Shown: piece after piece, positions 58,605 to 64,000 of the stretch | How positions within the stretch are numbered: the stretch's first letter is position 1 | How the letters are laid out: the number at the start of each line of letters is the position of its first letter | Source: Sulfurovum sp. | GTDB lineage: Bacteria > Campylobacterota > Campylobacteria > Campylobacterales > Sulfurovaceae | DNA: 64,000 nt | Direction of reading: 5' to 3' | NCBI GenBank assembly: GCA_027065815.1 | Contig: JAMONL010000222.1 | Span: 2,650 to 66,649 of the forward strand | Position numbers and translations under genes: made by a program | The notes under the pieces: model-generated | Seen by the model: only the letters and a program-made list of their open reading frames with translations | Database searches by the model: none | Told to the model about the DNA's origin: nothing

Positions 58605-58970
58605 TTACTTTACAATACAGCGTGCAGAGAAGAAGGGTCGATTGTAATGAGGGGAGACAAAATTGTTATTTTCCAGTGTCCAATCATTGGATCTTTGCAC
58701 AGTAACAGTCTGTGCGACCTTTCTCTGCATTCTACTCTCACACAAAATAGGCAAGTCTTGTTCAAATGCTGTCTGTACTTCCGCCATTCTGTTTACTGTG
58801 ACTATATAATGCCCTCCAATGAAGAATGCCAGAACCAGGGTTACCCATAAGAGCCCTTTTTTCCATGCACCTTTTGTCATGAATGGACGGGTAGAGACAA
58901 ACAGGGTAATAAGCAGTATGATCCCACCCAGAATAAGATATGCGCCTTCTAAAAAGAAAAAGTTTTTCAT
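58605..58970 (-). CDS. Two-TM hypothetical protein
   Basis: Two TM helices plus soluble domain with two Cys. Confidence 0.75.
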   Translation of the reverse strand: MKNFFFLEGAYLILGGIILLITLFVSTRPFMTKGAWKKGLLWVTLVLAFFIGGHYIVTVNRMAEVQTAFEQDLPILCESRMQRKVAQTVTVQRSNDWTLENNNFVSPHYNRPFFSARCIVK

Positions 58971-59029
58971 TGATCTACCTAACTATGTATTTGATAGAGA
59001 AATAATAACACACTTTAATTAGAAGCAGA

Positions 59030-59043
59030 TTGATATTCATCAA
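59030..59043. promoter_or_regulatory. Fnr/NssR-type box between divergent genes
   Basis: Perfect TTGATATTCATCAA; TATACT at 59066 (+), TATTAT at 59002-59007 (-). Confidence 0.8.
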
Positions 59044-59099
59044 GCGATCTTTATCCAAAACGCCCTATACTGTCAAAAACTAATCATAAGGCACAGTAT

Positions 59100-59483
59100 A
59101 TGAACTCTTTCAGAAAATATCTTCCACTGGCATTACTGTTAGGCTTTCTATTTATCGGGCTGGGTGCTTTTTTTCAAAGCAGACCAAGCCATAAAAATGC
59201 TTACGTCTATAAAGCCGTACAGAAATACAGTCCCTACTATATGGATAAACGTTTTGGCGGACTTCAGATCATGAGCAAAGAAGATCCTGAATTTAAAGAA
59301 AAACCCAACAATATGACGCTCTTTAAAGAGTTTGAACGTCTTGAAAAAAAGTGGGCAAAAACCCATTTGAAACTGGATAACAATACGCTTATCATCACTG
59401 ACAGCAACAACTCACAAGTCGCCACACTCCCTCTTCAAAACAAAGAAGAGTTGGATTTTGTACATAGCTATTACGGACTGTAA
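59100..59483 (+). CDS. Membrane-anchored hypothetical protein
   Basis: N-terminal TM helix; YSPYYMDKRFGGL segment. Confidence 0.75.
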   Translation: MNSFRKYLPLALLLGFLFIGLGAFFQSRPSHKNAYVYKAVQKYSPYYMDKRFGGLQIMSKEDPEFKEKPNNMTLFKEFERLEKKWAKTHLKLDNNTLIITDSNNSQVATLPLQNKEELDFVHSYYGL

Positions 59484-59485
59484 AG

Positions 59486-59674
59486 ATGATAGATCTTGTT
59501 ATTACGCTGACCTTTACTGTCGTCATGCTTGTTTTCATGGCTTTTCCTGCCATGAAGATCGTAGATCTTATAGAAACAAAGATCACATTCTCTGAAACCA
59601 TGCACAATGTCATGCTTATTGGTACCACTATCCTTCTTTCACTGTTGATAGGACTCTTTCTCAAATTCGCATAA
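59486..59674 (+). CDS. Small two-TM protein
   Basis: 62 aa, 2 bp after the previous stop. Confidence 0.65.
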   Translation: MIDLVITLTFTVVMLVFMAFPAMKIVDLIETKITFSETMHNVMLIGTTILLSLLIGLFLKFA

Positions 59675-59752
59675 CCGGTTATTAACCACTTTTTAGCTAA
59701 ACTATCCAATTATTTTACACACCTTATTTTGGTGTGTTTTGGAGCATAGAAA

Positions 59753-60673
59753 ATGGATAAAGCAAAATATATATGGATGGATGGTGAACTGACACCCTGG
59801 GATGAAGCCAAGGTTCATGTTCTCACACATACACTTCACTACGGAAACGGTGCCATTGAAGGAACAAAAGCCTATAAAACAGTGGATGGAAGATGTGCAA
59901 TATTTAAACTTAATGAACATACACAAAGACTTCTGAATTCATCAAAAATGACACTAATGGATGTCCCTTATACCCTTGAAGAACTCAATGATGCACAAGT
60001 CAAACTGCTTCAGGAAAATGAGCTCTTTGACGGTGCCTACATCAGACCGCTTGTTTATCTCGGTTATGGTGTTATGGGTCTCTATCATAAAGACTGTCCG
60101 GTAAATGTCTCTATCTCTGCCTGGAAATGGGGAGCCTATCTCGGTGAAGAGGGCCTTAAAAAAGGAATCCGCCTCAAGATCTCATCAATGACAAGAACAC
60201 CGAACACTTCAGGGATGGGAAAAGCCAAAGCCGTTGCGAACTACCTAAACTCACAAATGGCCAAGTTTGAAGCAGTTGAAGCAGGGTATGATGAAGCACT
60301 GCTAAGAGATGACCAGGGTTATATTGCAGAAGCATCTGGTGCCTGTTTCTTCATGGTAAGGGACGGAAAGCTTATCTCTCCTCCATCGGACAATACACTT
60401 GAATCCATTACCCAGCAAACAGTCATTGATCTGGCAACAGATATGGGAATTGAAGTTGTAAGAAAACGTATTACAAGAGAAGAGATCTACATTGCAGATG
60501 AAGCTTTCCTCACAGGAACAGCAGCAGAAGTCACACCGATTCGTGAAGTCGATGCACGCATCATCGGTTATGGTTCACGCGGGGAGATCACGGAAAAACT
60601 CCAAACAGCCTATTTTGATGTCGTGGCAGGAAAGAATCCTGACTACCTTCAACATTTAACATATATCAATTAA
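59753..60673 (+). CDS. ilvE: Branched-chain amino acid aminotransferase
   Basis: HTLHYG..EGTKAY, YIRP, AKAVANY, TGTAAEVTP. Confidence 0.97.
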   Translation: MDKAKYIWMDGELTPWDEAKVHVLTHTLHYGNGAIEGTKAYKTVDGRCAIFKLNEHTQRLLNSSKMTLMDVPYTLEELNDAQVKLLQENELFDGAYIRPLVYLGYGVMGLYHKDCPVNVSISAWKWGAYLGEEGLKKGIRLKISSMTRTPNTSGMGKAKAVANYLNSQMAKFEAVEAGYDEALLRDDQGYIAEASGACFFMVRDGKLISPPSDNTLESITQQTVIDLATDMGIEVVRKRITREEIYIADEAFLTGTAAEVTPIREVDARIIGYGSRGEITEKLQTAYFDVVAGKNPDYLQHLTYIN

Positions 60674-60679
60674 TTTAAT

Positions 60680-60701
60680 GGTGCGTATTCACGTACCCTA
60701 C
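60680..60701 (-). repeat. GTAG-type REP
   Basis: Reverse complement GTAGGGTACGTGAATACGCACC. Confidence 0.65.
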
Positions 60702-60718
60702 ACAACATAAGGAACATT

Positions 60719-61810
60719 ATGCCAGCAGATATGAATGACTATTTTAAGAAAAAAAAGCCCGGTAATTCTTCAAATAATAACGGAAATAATAGAGGAGGAA
60801 ACAACTTTGAGAACCCTCTGAACAATTTGGGTAAAGGTGCACCTTGGATCGTGGTCTTGATCGCTGTCGGTTTTGCATTTTTCATCTTGAAACCTTTTAC
60901 CATCATCAATTCAGGAGAAGTAGGGATCAAAGTCAACACAGGTAAGTTTGAGCCAACACCTTTAAAAGCAGGACTTCACTTTTTCATCCCGGTATTCCAA
61001 AAGATCATCCCAGTCAATACACGTATCAGACTCATCACCTACTCTGACGTAAGCACAGGCGCTTTGGGAGACTCATACAGAGGCTTTGAAGGTGGACTTA
61101 GAAGAAACCCTGCCATCTCAGTACTTGACAGAAGAGGTTTGACTGTCAAAATTGATATTGCAGTGCAGTACAGACTTAAAGCGGATACCGCTCCTGCAAC
61201 TATTGAAAAATGGGGTTCAAGCTGGGAAGAAAAGATTATCAACTCCAAAGTAAGAGAAGTAGTACGTGATGTGGTTGGACAATACACAGCAGAACAACTC
61301 CCCGAAATGCGTAATGAGATCGCTGCTGCCATTGAGACAAAAGTGAAACAAAGTGTAGATGACCTTCCAAATCAACCTGTCATACTTACTTCTGTTGAAC
61401 TAAGAACTATCAATCTTCCTACGAAGATCAAAGATCAGATAGAAAGAGTGCAGATCGCCAAACAAGATGTCACCATTGCTGAGCAACAAAAAGAGAAAGC
61501 AAAACAGCAGGCACAAAAAGCAGCTGAAATAGCAAAAGGTGAAGCGGAAAGAAACCGTATTGAAGCACAGGGTGAAGCGGACAAGATCCGTATTGAAGCA
61601 GAAGAGCAGGCAAAAGCCAACTTACTCATCTCATCTTCATTGACACAAGAACTTTTACAGCTTGAGCAGATCAAAACACAGGGGAAATTCAATGAAGCAT
61701 TGAAAGTCAACAAAGATGCAAAGATTTTCCTAACCCCAGGCGGTGCGGTACCAAATATTTGGGTCAATACACAAGGTAAAGAACAAAAAACCGTTTCGGC
61801 GCAACAGTAA
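60719..61810 (+). CDS. SPFH/prohibitin-family membrane protein
   Basis: TM helix, SGEVGIK, GLHFFIP, coiled-coil with AEA-type repeats. Confidence 0.92.
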   Translation: MPADMNDYFKKKKPGNSSNNNGNNRGGNNFENPLNNLGKGAPWIVVLIAVGFAFFILKPFTIINSGEVGIKVNTGKFEPTPLKAGLHFFIPVFQKIIPVNTRIRLITYSDVSTGALGDSYRGFEGGLRRNPAISVLDRRGLTVKIDIAVQYRLKADTAPATIEKWGSSWEEKIINSKVREVVRDVVGQYTAEQLPEMRNEIAAAIETKVKQSVDDLPNQPVILTSVELRTINLPTKIKDQIERVQIAKQDVTIAEQQKEKAKQQAQKAAEIAKGEAERNRIEAQGEADKIRIEAEEQAKANLLISSSLTQELLQLEQIKTQGKFNEALKVNKDAKIFLTPGGAVPNIWVNTQGKEQKTVSAQQ

Positions 61811-61812
61811 TT

Positions 61813-61912
61813 GTAGGGTGCGTTTGCTAACGCACCGCATAATAAAATTTTATATAAAATAGAACTTTCGCCGTAAGGGCTATTCAATAGTGCGTTGGGA
61901 AACGCACCCTAC
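61813..61912. repeat. REP doublet (REPIN-like): two inverted GTAG REPs
   Basis: GTAGGGTGCGTTTGCTAACGCACC (61813-61836) and GTGCGTTGGGAAACGCACCCTAC (61890-61912). Confidence 0.75.
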
Positions 61913-61926
61913 ATGGAGAAATTATC

Positions 61927-62592
61927 ATGACTATAAATTGGAATAAAAACCCCCTCATCCCGGCCATTGCACAAGATGCCGAAACTTCTCAAATACTTAT
62001 GCTTGCCTATATGAATGAAGAAGCTTATAACCTTACTCTTTCTACAGGATATGCCCACTACTTCAGCAGAAGTAAGCAGCGTATCTGGAAAAAAGGTGAA
62101 AGCTCCAACCATACTCAGAAAGTGAAAGATATATTGCTTGACTGCGATGCAGATACTGTCATACTGAAGATCAAGCAAAATGGTGTAGCCTGCCATACAG
62201 GACGGAAAAGCTGTTTCTTCACTTCTGTCCTTCAGGAGAAAGTCATTTTGGACAAAGAGGTTGATACTGATGCCATCTATGGCGTAGTCGATACACTCTA
62301 CCATACCATATTAGAGCGCAAGAATGCTTCTCCAGAGACAAAATCATGGACAAAAAAACTCCTTGACAATAAGGAGCTGATGCTGAGTAAGATCCGTGAA
62401 GAAGCCGACGAAGTCTGTGTCGCGATCAATGAAGAGAGTGACGAACAGGTCATCTACGAATCGGCAGACCTACTTTACCACATACTTGTAGGTCTGGGCT
62501 ATAGAGAGATCTCCCCAGACAGAGTCAAACAGGAACTTGCAAGAAGATTCGGTATGAGCGGGATCACCGAAAAAGAGAATAGAACAAAATAA
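61927..62592 (+). CDS. hisIE: Bifunctional PR-AMP cyclohydrolase/PR-ATP pyrophosphatase
   Basis: SRSKQRIWKKGESS, DCDAD, ACHTGRKSCF, ESADLLYH. Confidence 0.97.
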   Translation: MTINWNKNPLIPAIAQDAETSQILMLAYMNEEAYNLTLSTGYAHYFSRSKQRIWKKGESSNHTQKVKDILLDCDADTVILKIKQNGVACHTGRKSCFFTSVLQEKVILDKEVDTDAIYGVVDTLYHTILERKNASPETKSWTKKLLDNKELMLSKIREEADEVCVAINEESDEQVIYESADLLYHILVGLGYREISPDRVKQELARRFGMSGITEKENRTK

Positions 62593-62740
62593 ATATTATA
62601 TCAAAGTACACATAGATCGCTGTGAGGGCACTCCGTCCTACTCTCTTCGTCTCTACTAAAGAATACTTTCCTTTCTCTTCAGTACATTATAAGAATAATG
62701 GATCTATAATTAACTAACCAGTTAATTAGTTAGGATACTT

Positions 62741-63388
62741 ATGTCTAAAAGAATACAAAAAAGAGATGCTACACTTTCCAAGCAGCGTATTATAACCCAT
62801 GCCGTGGAACTCTTTTCGCAAAAGGGCTATGCTTCTGCTTCTATGGATGAGTTGGCAAGACGTTCCGATTTGAACAAGGCGATGGTCTTTTATTACTTTA
62901 AAAACAAAAAAGGGCTCTACGAAGCAGTAATGCGTGAGGTGCTTCTCGAGATACAAAAGAGCATTCTGGAAGAGAACAAAAACTATAATACGCCTCAGGA
63001 AGAACTTGAAAGCTTCATTCGTACTTATGCAAAGTTTGCTTTTACACACCCCTACCTGCCCTCTTTGTTACTCAAAGAGCTGAGTGACAGTGGCGCTGTC
63101 ATTCATGAAATGTTATTTATTTCTATGCGGCAGCTTTTTGCACTCTTTTGCGATATTCTTAAACGTGGGGAAGAGAAGGGATGTTTTAGAGAAGTACAAC
63201 CGATGGTAGTCTACTTTATGGTGCTGGGTACACTCAATCTTATGGTTACCACACATTCACTTCGCCTTAAAGCTTCGCAACTTGACGACATAAAAGTTGA
63301 TACCTGTGCAAATTGCAGCAGTGAAGAAATAGCAGCTTATGTGCTGGATAACATAGAACGTATTATACACAAGGAAATTTCACAATGA
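62741..63388 (+). CDS. TetR/AcrR-family regulator
   Basis: N-terminal HTH LFSQKGY...YYFKNK. Confidence 0.93.
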   Translation: MSKRIQKRDATLSKQRIITHAVELFSQKGYASASMDELARRSDLNKAMVFYYFKNKKGLYEAVMREVLLEIQKSILEENKNYNTPQEELESFIRTYAKFAFTHPYLPSLLLKELSDSGAVIHEMLFISMRQLFALFCDILKRGEEKGCFREVQPMVVYFMVLGTLNLMVTTHSLRLKASQLDDIKVDTCANCSSEEIAAYVLDNIERIIHKEISQ

Positions 63389-64000
63389 AACACATATTAC
63401 TTTTGGCAGGGATGGCTCTTTCTTTACAGCTTCATGCAAGTTCTATTACCTCTTTACTCAATGCATTGGAACAAAGACCGGAAAACAGACTCGATGCACT
63501 CAATGTTGAAAAAAGTCTTTTGGGGAAACAAGAAGTTTCTGATAAATTAATGCCTACCGTAAACCTTTATGGAGGTTATGAAATTTACTCTTCACCCAGT
63601 GGAATGTTACCTGTTGCTCCTAATGAATTGATACGTATGGTTCAAGACCAAACTATTGGACAGCCTTTCAGTAAAAATATTTTACATGAAGGTTTAAATT
63701 TTACCTGGCCTCTTTTTGTTAAATCTATTTATACGTTAAAAGAGAAAGCATCACTGCTCCATTTGGCAGCCAAAGAGAAAAAAAAGCTGAACTTCATTCA
63801 GCGGGAGGCTATTGTCGTAGGTTCAGTGGCACAACTACGCTATTTGGAATCTTTAAGAACAGCGCTTATGTCTAAAAAACATTCTATTCAGCAAACAGAG
63901 ATAACTACAAAAATGCAAGTCAAAGAGGGTCGCACACCTGAAAGTGCCATTTTTATACTCAACAGTCACATCAATACACTCGATATCGCAATGAACGATA
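63385..64000 (+). CDS. TolC-family outer-membrane efflux protein (truncated by window edge)
   Basis: Manual translation MKHILLLAGMALSLQLHAS...LMPTVNL...FTWPLF; ATGA overlap with TetR; open to the end. Confidence 0.7.
   Translation, partial: MKHILLLAGMALSLQLHASSITSLLNALEQRPENRLDALNVEKSLLGKQEVSDKLMPTVNLYGGYEIYSSPSGMLPVAPNELIRMVQDQTIGQPFSKNILHEGLNFTWPLFVKSIYTLKEKASLLHLAAKEKKKLNFIQREAIVVGSVAQLRYLESLRTALMSKKHSIQQTEITTKMQVKEGRTPESAIFILNSHINTLDIAMND

Noticed and set aside
1-64000. CRISPR array, tRNA/rRNA, prophage, transposase, nosZ
   Set aside because: None recognised by eye; absence of nosZ applies only to this window

Overview
Chromosomal window from an AT-rich Campylobacterota genome, probably Sulfurovum-like (inferred from gene content, napAGHBFLD order and TATAAT promoters). 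Housekeeping ends (tsf-rpsB at left; ilvE-SPFH-hisIE-TetR-TolC at right) flank a ~50 kb low-oxygen/denitrification region. It holds the nap operon, whose NapB has a fused third-heme cytochrome c553 domain; heme d1 genes; nirS with a pentaheme cytochrome; cNOR (norCB) flanked by two small membrane ORFs; and a second, atypical heme-copper enzyme (gNOR-like: Asp in place of the helix VI His, subunit II without CuA ligands). Also present are a cytochrome c peroxidase/SDR/AraC module, a Ni-free Ehr complex, class I nrdB, and a split class III ribonucleotide reductase whose glycyl-radical loop is a separate 57-aa gene with an LpdD-like gene in between. About 15 TTGA-N6-TCAA boxes, most centred about 41.5 bp from a predicted start site, link these loci to the resident Crp/Fnr regulator. 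There are dispersed GTAG-type REP palindromes and a few candidate structured RNAs. I saw no CRISPR array, tRNA, rRNA or transposase. All calls come from reading motifs by eye; no searches were run.
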